Origin: Antedon mediterranea
Taxonomy: Eukaryota > Animalia > Echinodermata
NCBI RefSeq assembly: GCF_964355755.1
Contig: NC_092679.1
Location: 15,421,432 to 15,485,431 of the forward strand
Length of the DNA: 64,000 nucleotides
Direction of reading: 5' to 3'
Each line of letters opens with the position of its first letter. Positions within the stretch are counted from its first letter, which is position 1. Under the pieces are notes generated by a model. The model was given only the letters and a program-made list of their open reading frames with translations, was not told where the DNA came from and made no database searches. A program made the position numbers and the translations under genes. Shown one piece after another: positions 40,501-52,500 of this stretch.

Positions 40501-43500
40501 TACACTGGTTTTAGTTTAATGCCAGGGTAGCATTTTTGCACAAAGTTGTTGGTCAAAACCGAGAGAAAATACAGAACAAAAACAAAGGAACAGTCTGTGA
40601 TTAACACCTCGCTAACAAGATGCAGAGATCATCTGGTTAAAGGATTGCCAGTAAATGTCTCGGTGGAACCTCTTGGGACTTATATAGACTTTTTCTCATT
40701 CTCACAGATTTCCTCATCTTTATCGTTTCAAATTAATTAATTAAATTTTAGTATATCACCGGGCGGTTTAGAATTAATGTTCTTTGCCTCTTGTGTGCAC
40801 TGATGAAGGGCTAGTGTTGCCCGAAAGCTCTGCTAACTTTTCTGGCTGTTTACTTTATCGTTTTGATTTAGCTTTTCGCTTTTTATTTTTGTATCTCCAT
40901 TGAGATCCAGCCACTGATACCCACAGCATTGTAATTTTTTCAGTAATTTGCCTTTGGATTTATATATATATATATATATAAATCAATGATGTTGCGTAGC
41001 ACTGTGTAAATTATATATAAATCATACTGTAAATTATAGAAACAGTGCTCTTTTTTCATACAACTAAAAAATAGTATTTTTCTTTTCTTTCTTTGAATAA
41101 ACATTCTAAGGCACATAAAAGGTTGATAATTTATTTACCAGTTTTTAAATCACTACGCAGATAGGAAGCACAGCAAACATACACCTCCAGTCAAATTATA
41201 ACAATGATAAATTTTATATTTCATAACATGACATTTTCCGCTCTTAATGCCAATGTATTTGATTGATACTGGTTTAGATTCCTGGCTTACAACCACAATG
41301 AAAAACATCTGCTAAATAAGATTTTTACTGCCGAAATACTACTACAAAAATGTCCATGATGAATACATTTTTTTTCAAACTTGATTTGTAAATGTTTTTA
41401 AATTGCATTTTTTTCTGAAATAGTTGTAGGCAATTTCAAATGGCTTAAACTGTAAAAAAAGGTATAACTGACCGATTTGTCTGAAAGTATTACTACCATG
41501 CAATTTAACCAATTGAAATATGATAAATCAAATAGGTTAATCAACAAGATAAGATTACTGATAGTATTACAAAATTGTAGCAGGTTATAACAGAGATTAT
41601 GTCATTAGCTCTTGTTTACTATTTGGAGAACAATGTATTCAGCAAATGTACAGTAAGTAATGTTTTTTTTTCTGTAATCAGACCTGAGTATGCAGCCAGC
41701 TGGGTTGATGGCGAAGGGGTTTAAAAAACTAGAAATAGTTGATACAATTTTGGATACTAGTGTAAGATATAAACAACTATCAATGTAAAATGTCAGTAAT
41801 ATAGTATAAAACTTTAAATAACAGGGGGCAAGCCATGATTCTAACGTTTTGATCTTTATTTGATCATCAGCAATTATCAATAAACAATAATTCCAAATGT
41901 CAATAAATATGTAACTATTATTATGATTTCATTTCACCATTCGTAATAATTGTTTTAATTAACTTTCAATTAACCAGGTAAGGGTTAAAAAAACAACCTT
42001 TAGTGTCTACTCCAGGGCACAGACATGTTGATCTGGCCTAGCAGCAGATTAATTGAACTAAGAATCTATTTTAAAACAGTGGATGTGTTATTAAATAATT
42101 GTTAGTATTCATCTATGAAAATTAATCATGTTGATAATGAAAATATTCTCCCTATTCAAATCATAAACATTCATCATGTGTATACTCATTTCCAAGAAAA
42201 TTGATTTGATAATCAAAAATTAAAAACAAAAATAAGGTATTTGTATTTTTTAGATGGCTTCTAATCATTTCTTCTGTTCAACTTGTCAACAAAAACAAGC
42301 TATTTGTACTTTTAACCAAGATGCAACTGAAGTACTCAAAATAGCTGAGGAAGTTAAAAAGGATTTGGAGGAAACCTTTTATTTGATTAGTGAGCATTCA
42401 TCTTACTTTAACAATCAGGCAGAGTTATGCAAACAAGCTATTGAGGCTCAGGAGAAGAAACTTATCCAAGAAGTTCAAGCAAAAAGTAAGGAATTAATTT
42501 TTGAACTTGAAGAAATGCAAAAAAACATGGATGAAGATATTGCTGGTCAATTTGATAATTTGGATGCAAAGAGAGATCAGGTGAATGATGAAATTAAATC
42601 AGTCAATTTAATACTAGACAAAGCAGAAAAACCTAACACTTTTGCAAACTTCAAAGCAAATATCCTTGATGTTAAAGATAAGGTTTGTGGTGTTCAGCAA
42701 TTATTTCGTGGAAAAACTGTTTCACCAAACTTTATCCCATCTACACAAATACATGATTCAATAAACCAAGATGGCATCGGTGAAGTGTTAATTTTTAATA
42801 CAAATTACACAATTTCAGAATCAGACAAACAATTGACTGTTGCAACAGGACAAACATTTGAAGTTAAAGTATCAAGTCTCAAAGAAGATGAATTAACTAT
42901 TGGTTTGACTTCTGCATCTGGTCAAGTATCTACTACTAAGTTCAAACATCAGGGAGGAGGAGAGTACATGATAAAGGGTAAATGTGATATTGAAGGTGAT
43001 TGGAAGATAAAGATAATGGCTGGAAATCATCACGTTAAAGGATCTCCAGTGAATATCAAGGTGGAACCTCTTGGACTTGTGCATACCATTGATAACATTG
43101 GACAGTATAAAGACAATCAAAATAAGTATAATATCATGGATGTTGCAGTAGACACGGATGGATGTATATTATTATCAAGTGAGAGCAAAGAGATACTAAA
43201 ATTTGACCAATCAGGATCATTTAAAGGCAAAAACGAGATGACTCAAAATGTGCGGACAATGCATCAAATGAGTGATGGTAGAATGGTATTTAGTACTACC
43301 ACAAATCATGTAATATTATGTGCCAAAGAGTTCCGAGAAATTTGCAAATTTGGTGAAAGAACATTAACATATCCATTTGGCTTGACAGTTAACAAGGAAA
43401 ATGAAGTCTTGTATGTATCAGATTGTAGAGCTAATTGTGTTTATAAATTCAATATCAGTAATGGTGATCTCTTAAGAAAGATTAAAATGAAAGAACCAGG

Positions 43501-46500
43501 TAATATAACTTTGACTAAAGATGGTCATCTTACTGTTTGTGCTTGGGGAAAAAACAAGGTGTTAATTTTCGATGAAAACGAAAAGAATGCCAAAAAAATC
43601 AAACTAAAATCAACAACGTTATCACCTTTTGATGTGGCGGTGGATAATGAGGAAAACATTATAATATCAGATGATGAAACAGTACAATTGTATGATAAAC
43701 ATGGTTGTTTTATCAAGGAAATTTACACAAGAAAATTTGCTCTCAAACAAAATCGTCTTGCAAGCATCTGTGTAATCCCAAACAGACCACGAAAGATAGC
43801 AGTGGCAAATGACGAAGCAAACAACTTTGTTAAAATATTTAATTATTAAATGATTCATAACTCAATAAATTTAATATAGATAAATTGAACTTTGTCTCCT
43901 CCATCTCCATATTCAATGGACATAGAGGAGCCACAACTTGCATTAAATCACGTAAAGTAAATTCGGCAATGTTATTTGGTCTTCTTAGCAGTTAAATCTG
44001 TGGACTGGATTAAGTGAAACAGATGACAGACCTCGTGGCCATTAATATATAATAAATAATCATTTTGAGCATACCAAAATTAGTTTAAAACTTGATGATT
44101 CATTCCAGTTACACAATAATGTTTCAATCTTCAATATCACTTTATTATCTTTTGTTCAGTTACTGTATCTATCGTGCTGATATGATGTTTTTTAATCATT
44201 TTATTTTAAAAGGTATATTTTAAATATTTAGTGCTTCAAATTAAATTGATTTTGTTCAATATAACATTTTATTAATATAATAGGAATATGATCACTATAA
44301 ATTAATTTAAGAAAAGGGTTTTTCGGTAGACAATTTAGACAGAATTTTTATATATTTTTAAAAACTTAAATTTCAATAAGTGATAAATTTGGTCGCTTTA
44401 AAATAGTTTGTATACTTTTTATATAAATAAACTTTGTAAGGCACACTGACTGACTGTAATATATTACTCTTTAAAATGAATATCGATTGAATTCAAGGCA
44501 TTCATGCATTATTCTTTCTAAAGTTTTCTCCAGGCCCCTACTTCAAAACTTGAATTACATGTTGTTGTTCAGATCACAGCGAACCTGCCGACCATGACGA
44601 AAATAATGTGTATACATCTCCAATGTATTGAAAATAGAGTAGTTGTATATAAACTTCCATTTCTTGTTTTAAAGTTGAAAAAGCATTTTAACAACAGTAA
44701 GTCATTAAATAGTACTCACAGTGATAAGGTGTCTATTGCTTGTTCTAAAGTCGAAAAAGCATTTTAACAACTGTAAGTCAATGCTTTTGCTTTTCATTAG
44801 TATTATACTATAGTAGTAATAGTAGTATAGTAGGAAAGAGTAGTTTCTGCTGGCTGTTATATTTTTCTAGCTTTTCCTAGTAATTTTTTTTTTAAAATCA
44901 GACCTTTTCCACTTTAAATCACGGCATACGAACATGTTGAATTAGACAATTTGCGTGCATTTTAGTTGAAAAATTGACCAAATATTGTCAAATCAAGTCT
45001 ATTTTGAATCTATTATACATAGCTCCTCAGGATCAATGGTGACCCTCAATTTTTGTGGGTTACTTATTTTCATCTTTACAGTAAATTTCAATCTCTTATA
45101 AATACATACCATCCAACCAAAATTCATTCGTACAAAATAAAAATCATCCATCTTATCTGATACAGTTCAATGAAAATTTAAATAATTCACTTAATATTTA
45201 CATCATCTAATACAATGTGATGTCTTCAGTGTTGGAGAGCCACTCAGTATCCCTAAAGGCCGGTGCACACCGAACGCGAAGCAACGAATTTCGCGTTAAA
45301 AAGTGACGCACGCGGCAGGCGACGGACGCTTCCAGTGTGAACATACAAGCGAACAGTGTACGATAGTCGAATTTCAACTTCAACGCGTTGAAAACGACAG
45401 CAGCGAAGGCTTCGCACGCGAATTTTCAAAAGTTGAACCGTGGTCAACTTTTTGAGGCGTCGCGAGCGCGGTTCGCGTTCGTCAACCAATCAGAAGTCAG
45501 GAATATCTCTCATCGACGACACCGACGGCAAAAAAATGGTGGCTGACGAGCGAGGTCTTTATGGAAATAATTTGTCATTACCCTTCTTCTTACGATAAGG
45601 GAAGTAAGTCATACACAGACAGAAACATAAGGATTAATGCATGAAGACAATAATTTCAGACAAACATCTGTGTAGAAGAATGCCAGAAAAACTAGGCCTA
45701 AAACGTGTCAGAGATCAATTTGTAAAGTGAGTTGGCAAGCCTTCTATTTCTAGCCTACCTAGGTTTAGGCCATACTAGGGCCTAGCTAGCCTAGGCTACA
45801 TATACCCTAGTAGGCTAGGCCAGGCCTAGCCTAGGTTAAACCTACAAATAAATGAGTACAGTACTAGGCTAGGCTAGGTTTAGCCTAGGCCTAGGCTACT
45901 TATTATTATTAATTAATATTTATAGGCCTAATATTTAGTTGATTTAGTGTTGTAAGGCTAGGATAGGCCTAGGCCTAGTAGTAATATTAATACATAAATA
46001 CTGTTGTTTTTGTTTCTTTTAGGTCAATTAGATGAACATTGATAAATTGGATCCTTCAGGCTATTACCAGCGTTACAAACTCCACCAATGACCAAGCTAG
46101 TAGTTTAAGCGGCCAGTATATTGCCATGGAATTAAGAGCAATTGCTCCTCAAAAACGTGGACTGGCAATTATGAGGCTGACACAGGTTTGTATAGACTTT
46201 TTTCAAATGTGTATGTCAGTTGGTGACATACATTGGCCAGAAAAAATGATTTGAGCAATATGCCTTACTATAGCAATTTTTTAATACTTGTTTCATTTTT
46301 TTTTTATAGAAAATGGAAAAGATTAAGGAGGAGTTGGACTGTAACTATAGTATAGTATACTACTAGTATTTATTAAGTGGTTATAGAAGGAAAGCTGAAC
46401 TGAATGTCTTTTTTTAGCAATAGAGAACACATGGAAATATATGTATATGTAATAAAAAATAGTCAAATTGGCTGCCAGCTAATGGAATTTTTTTCATTTT

Positions 46501-49500
46501 ATAAGTGAAAACATAAGTTTGTTTGGGTTTTTTCTATGTAAGTGATTAACTTTGTTAAAACTACAAAATGTCCTATTCAAATTTGATTTTAATCATCTTC
46601 ATTTTTCATGATTCTATGGGACAATACATCTTTAAGTTTAGTGTCATTTTTTGGACAAGATATATTGTCTTCCTGAAAATATAATTTAAAACATTTTCGT
46701 TGTGTGTAATACAGTATAACACTTTAGGGTTAGTTATTCACTTTAAACAATAATATTTCTTCAATTTTCATTTTTTTTAGGATGATGCATTTTAAATTTA
46801 TTATTTTGATATTATTTTGCGAAAGTATTCAGGAGTAGTAAAAAAGAAAATCTGGTTGATATTTAATGATACCTTTAAAAACAATGATTCACTATTTCAA
46901 TAAGTGTATTTATGTGAAAAAGTCATAAGATAATATACAGTGTAAATATGAGTTTGGGATATTTATTACATTTAATCAAATGAGAAAAAAACTGTATGTT
47001 TTGTCATGAATAATATAATATTTAATAATAATTAGAAAATGAATGTGAAAACTTTACATTATTAGGCCTATAGTTTATATTTGAAAGTGACAAACCCAGG
47101 AAGATTCCCAGTTGTTTCATTTTTTTTTTTTATAGAAAATGGAAAAGATTAAGGAGGAGTTGGACTGTAACTATAGTATAGTATACTACTAGTATTTATT
47201 AAGTGGTTATAGAAGGAAAGCTGAACTGAATGTCTTTTTTTAGCAATAGAGAACACATGGAAATATATGTATATGTAATAAAAAATAGTCAAATTGGCTG
47301 CCAGCTAATGGAATTTTTTTCATTTTATAAGTGAAAACATAAGTTTGTTTGGGTTTTTTCTATGTAAGTGATTAACTTTGTTAAAACTACAAAATGTCCT
47401 ATTCAAATTTGATTTTAATCATCTTCATTTTTCATGATTCTATGGGACAATACATCTTTAAGTTTAGTGTCATTTTTTGGACAAGATATATTGTCTTCCT
47501 GAAAATATAATTTAAAACATTTTCGTTGTGTGTAATACAGTATAACACTTTAGGGTTAGTTATTCACTTTTAACAATAATAATATTTCTTCAATTTTCAT
47601 TTTTTTTGGGATGATACATTTTAAATTTATTATTTTGATATTATTTTGCGAAAGTATTCAGGAGTAGTAAAAAAGAAAATCTGGTTGATATTTAATGATA
47701 CCTTTAAAAACAATGATTCACTATTTCAATAAGTGTATTTATGTGAAAAAGTCATAAGATAATATACAGTGTAAATATGAGTTTGGGATATTTATTACAT
47801 TTAATCAAATGAGAAAAAAACTGTATGTTTTGTCATGAATAATATAATATTTAATAATAATTAGAAAATGAATGTGAAAACTTTACATTAATATTAGGCC
47901 TATAGTTTATATTTGAAAGTGACAAACCCAGGAAGATTCCCAGTTCGTGTTTATATGAAATGTTTTATATGGTTATAATAACCTCTGTTGAAAGATATTT
48001 GTAACAGCAGATCACATGTACGTGTAATCAACATGCAATAAATGCTTTAATTATTGTAACTGTATTGATATTGGATACATCTTCTTCTGTTCTTGTGATA
48101 TATACATACAATCATGCACATTTCAGGCTTTGGAAAAGGATAACATTTTCCCACCAAAACCAAACACTGTGATTGGTGTAACCAGGGAAGAGTTAAATTA
48201 CATTTTAATTTAACTCTTCTCTGGTTAAACTTACATAGGAAATACTTCAGTCATCTTCTCTGATTATTTTTAATGTAGCATTGTATTGGCAAACCCACTA
48301 TCTCCTAGGCCTAGCAATCGCGACGAATCAGCACATCGTGACGCGTTTAGTGGGAACTGACAAGAAAAACTAATAGACGCATGACAATTCAACTTTCGAA
48401 GCGATCCGTTGAATGACGCTTCGCGGCTTCGCGTTCGGTGTGCACCGGCCTTAAACCAGGGATGTTGGGTCTCTGCTAATAAATTGGCCTTTTATTGATC
48501 TTTCCAGGGAAAGTCAGCATTATCGATCACACTGTTTCCATCTGAGGATTCGCGCAGAGTCTTTGTAACCTCGTTGAATGTTCACCTCATTGAAAAGTAA
48601 ATTCAATAGAACAGTCATCTCATTTAAAAAACAGTTTAAAATTAGTCTTGAATGAATATTGAAATACTGTACAAAAAAAGTGTATACTCACCAAGGCATA
48701 AAATAAAGGATCAAAGAATTTATCCAAATGTGATTTAAATCTTCTCTTATCTATATTTTTGGCTATGACTGGTAGCTGTGGATAAATAATGAAATATACC
48801 AGACCGTTAAAAATTGTACTTGTATAAATAATAAATGTTGATAAGTTGAATTTTGTTATGCGTTTGTTTCTGAACGTTGTCTGGTCTGTGTGTAAATTTA
48901 ATGATAGGTACCTAAACTGGTCGCTGAACCATCCTGGTAAGTGATGCAGAATGTATTCAACATCAAGTCAACCCGGGACGAACCTGTGTACTTGTAGAAG
49001 GTATAAAGAGCAGACCGTTACTAGGGTGTCTCTTCATGACGTGAAGGACGATATTTCGATTAATCTAGAACATTTACACGGGTTGGTATTTTGCAGTGTA
49101 AATACATGTAATCAGTGTCATTCCCGTGTTATGAATCAGGTGTGAAATGGAAATTATCCGGACACGACACAGGTTTGTTCCAAGCTCGGCGGTGTAAAAG
49201 GGATATAAGTACTGTATTATAAACATGCTCGTTCTGATACCTTAAACTATTGAACATTTGAGCCTTTATACTCAACCTCAGAACAGCAATTTGCTAATAG
49301 TAACAAACTGGTTTTGCACCACATTACAATTACAGCAGAAATCATATTGAGACATGTCTGTAAAGCAGGGGACACACTTCCGCGAAAATAACATGGAAAA
49401 TTATATGTTTTAACACCAAAGGGGTAAAGAGAAAATTTGTTGGGTCCCGAAAGTGTCTCCTTATTTAAATATTCACCTGTTTACATATGGTCTCTAACAG

Positions 49501-52500
49501 ACACACATGCTGCGTGTAGCTTTGTTTCCTGCCACACTCAGCAACAGATGGCAACAAATCTGAAACAGTTTCCTCCATTGATTTTATTAATGAAATTTCG
49601 GACAGTAGATATATACACCTAAAGGAAGATAACAAGATATAAATACAATATTATTTTAATTCTAAATATATATATAATATAACCAGAATATTGTGTCCTA
49701 TAATATAGTGTCCTTCAACTAAGCTCTGTCTATACTATCAAACGTTATGTGACAAACATGTGATGTGCCCATATATGGACATGATGATGTCATATCACTT
49801 ATATTATTTGGGAATATCACTACCATATTTGGACACGTCACACTTTTTTGTCAAACTAGTTTGATTGTGTAGACAAAGATTATAAATAAATAAATTATGA
49901 TTTTAGTTTACTTCAATGTAAAGGTTTATGAAGCAGTCACTGCTATAAACTGTAAAAGCTGCTAAATAATTGCATAAACTGGTTTAAAGAGCAAAACAAA
50001 ATTAAATTACTGCAGTAGCTGCAGTAGAGCATGGTCCCTACATACTATATTGACTTACCCATCGCAGGCTTCCCATGGTTCACTTGGTCTTCTAAACTGA
50101 TGATCCATACAACCTCCCTTGCTTCCTCTGCCCATTTTTGGGGCCAATGAGCCACATGAATACATCTAAACAAACAAAAAATATGCTAGTGCTGCTAGAT
50201 TGAAACACATGATTTTACACTTATATATGTTACATGAAATATTACAGTATTGTGATAGAGCTAGGATTTGTACTAAGGACACTGGGATTGTGTGTGTTTT
50301 ATTGAAGGTTTATGTGTAAAAGTATATAAACACACTCAATATCATAACTTAAGAATTAAACAAAATTACAGCTCAAAAAGCATTCCACCAGGGAGAGGGA
50401 CCATTGAATAAGACTGACTAATAAGGTATGCCAGTTTGCAGCCACACCCACTTTTACTACGACATTTTTCATTTTATTGCCATTTTAAACAGATACCGTA
50501 AAACCTCGAAAAGAAGCCCATGGGCTTCTTCTTTTTTTAGTGCTCTTGGGTGGGCTTCTTTTCGAGATGAGCTTCTTTTCGAGAGTACTTTTGCAAACTG
50601 TAGAGGGTAGAATTTCTACTACAATAATATTTCTTTTGAGACATTTTTTCAACCATGAAATTTTGTTTAATATACCAATTAAAAAACAATATAAAAAGCA
50701 AAAAAAAACAGTCCTATGATTCACCGTCAAATACAATCATTTCGTTATCATCATTGTCATCATCCACAATGGAAAATCGTGTGTCGTCTGTCGATGATGG
50801 CATCTCATATCCAACCAACCCTTCGACGTTTACTTCTTTGTTTTCAGAGAACCATCAAGGGCTAATTTATCCCACACTTTCTGAACGACCAAATTTATAG
50901 CGATGGATTTGTGTTCATCAAGGACCAGGCACTTTGTTATAAGAATTCGCCTATCGCTTGCGCATATCTTACCCATCACATAATCATCGAGGTTATCACA
51001 CATCACAAGTATCTGGCATTGGGGGGCCTCATTTCGAGATGGGCTTCTTTTCGAGAGTACTTTTGCAAACGGTGGAGGGGGGCTTCTTTTCGAGATGGGC
51101 TTTCTTTTCGAGGTTTTACGGTATATGCTTTATTATGTCCTTCGTAATATTTTATGATATTCTTTTTATATACTAAATATTTGTGAACATTTTGAGGAGT
51201 CCCTCCCTCTTCGCCTCACTTAGCCATCACCTTTTGCACACTCTAGTTTGATAGTATCTCTATGGGCAATTCTCACCTGTTTATTTGAATGTAACTCCAT
51301 ATCATTGTCTCTAAGACGTTTGACAACACCAAATGTTGCTGGGTCTTTATCCAGACTACTGTACCTAGCTGATGACTCTGCTTGCTGCTCAAGACCTGCT
51401 ATGCCTTCTTTGATCTTTTCAAATAAAATCTTTATTGCATCTTCTCCTAAAATAGAAAACCAATTCGTAATATTTTTATTGACAGGTATTGTTGAAAATA
51501 TATTACTTTAGCTGTAAACATTAAATCAACTGATGAATTTATTTTATTTATTTATTCAAAATGTTCACAAACACAAAACAAACAGATATGAAAGGAAAGA
51601 CCAAACTATGCTATTTCATGTTAATTTATTTATTTACTTATACATTGTTAGTTTATCATTGTTTATTCATTTATTTTTACCACGGTGAGTTTTTTAACCT
51701 ATTCAACTCTCCTATTACAGATTTTATTTAACTTTTTTTTTATTAGTGTACAAATATTTTATTATTTCATATATTGTATTTATTCATCATCAACATTGTC
51801 TTAGATGTTAGAAACAATCCCATGCTGTCTCACTATGAGAAAGGTGTAGCTGTTTGTATGGTTTGAATGTTTTCCCATTGTGCAGCCATTTTTTCCAGGT
51901 ACAGCGATTAGTTTTATTTATTATTAGATTGTAAACAATATTGATTTATGTACTTTTGTAGAAATAAATAGAATTTAATTTATCATATTGTATTATTATT
52001 ACAAGTTGTTGCCAGTTTAGTTGTACAAAGATAAACATTCTATAAATGTATTTACTACTAACCATAAGCTTTGGCAACGTTCCCAAGAGCAACGGCAGCT
52101 CCTTGTCTAACTGACGGAATGTTATCAGCAAGATTTCCAAAGAATAGGGGATAAAGAGCATCCATAGATGACCTGCAAAATTAAATTAGAAATTTGTAAC
52201 AAAACAGAAAAATTCCAAGACAGTTGGGAAAAAAAGTTTGACAATGTTGAATTAATAAGAACAATAGAACAACCAGAGATAAAAGTGAAAACGGATACAG
52301 AATTGTGATCAGTGGCCAGATTCACCAATCACACTTAACTCAATAAATATTTAATTATTTCCCTTAAGCCTGTTTTCCAGTCAATGTTATTTTATGCTAT
52401 TGTTAACAATAATCAACATCGACTAGAAAACCGGCTTTAAATTATATTCACAGATAACTTTCACAATTTATACAGATGTGAAAAGGGTATTAATATAAAA

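Noticed and set aside
21550-43849. Assigning symbols such as TRIM2, TRIM3 or TRIM71
   Set aside because: The copies lack RING and look like a lineage-specific expansion; orthology cannot be supported.
45740-45980. Dense TAGGCCTA/CTAG palindromes as a regulatory element
   Set aside because: Low-complexity motif scattered across the window (also ~975, ~1915, ~33740, ~55050); no specific function can be supported.
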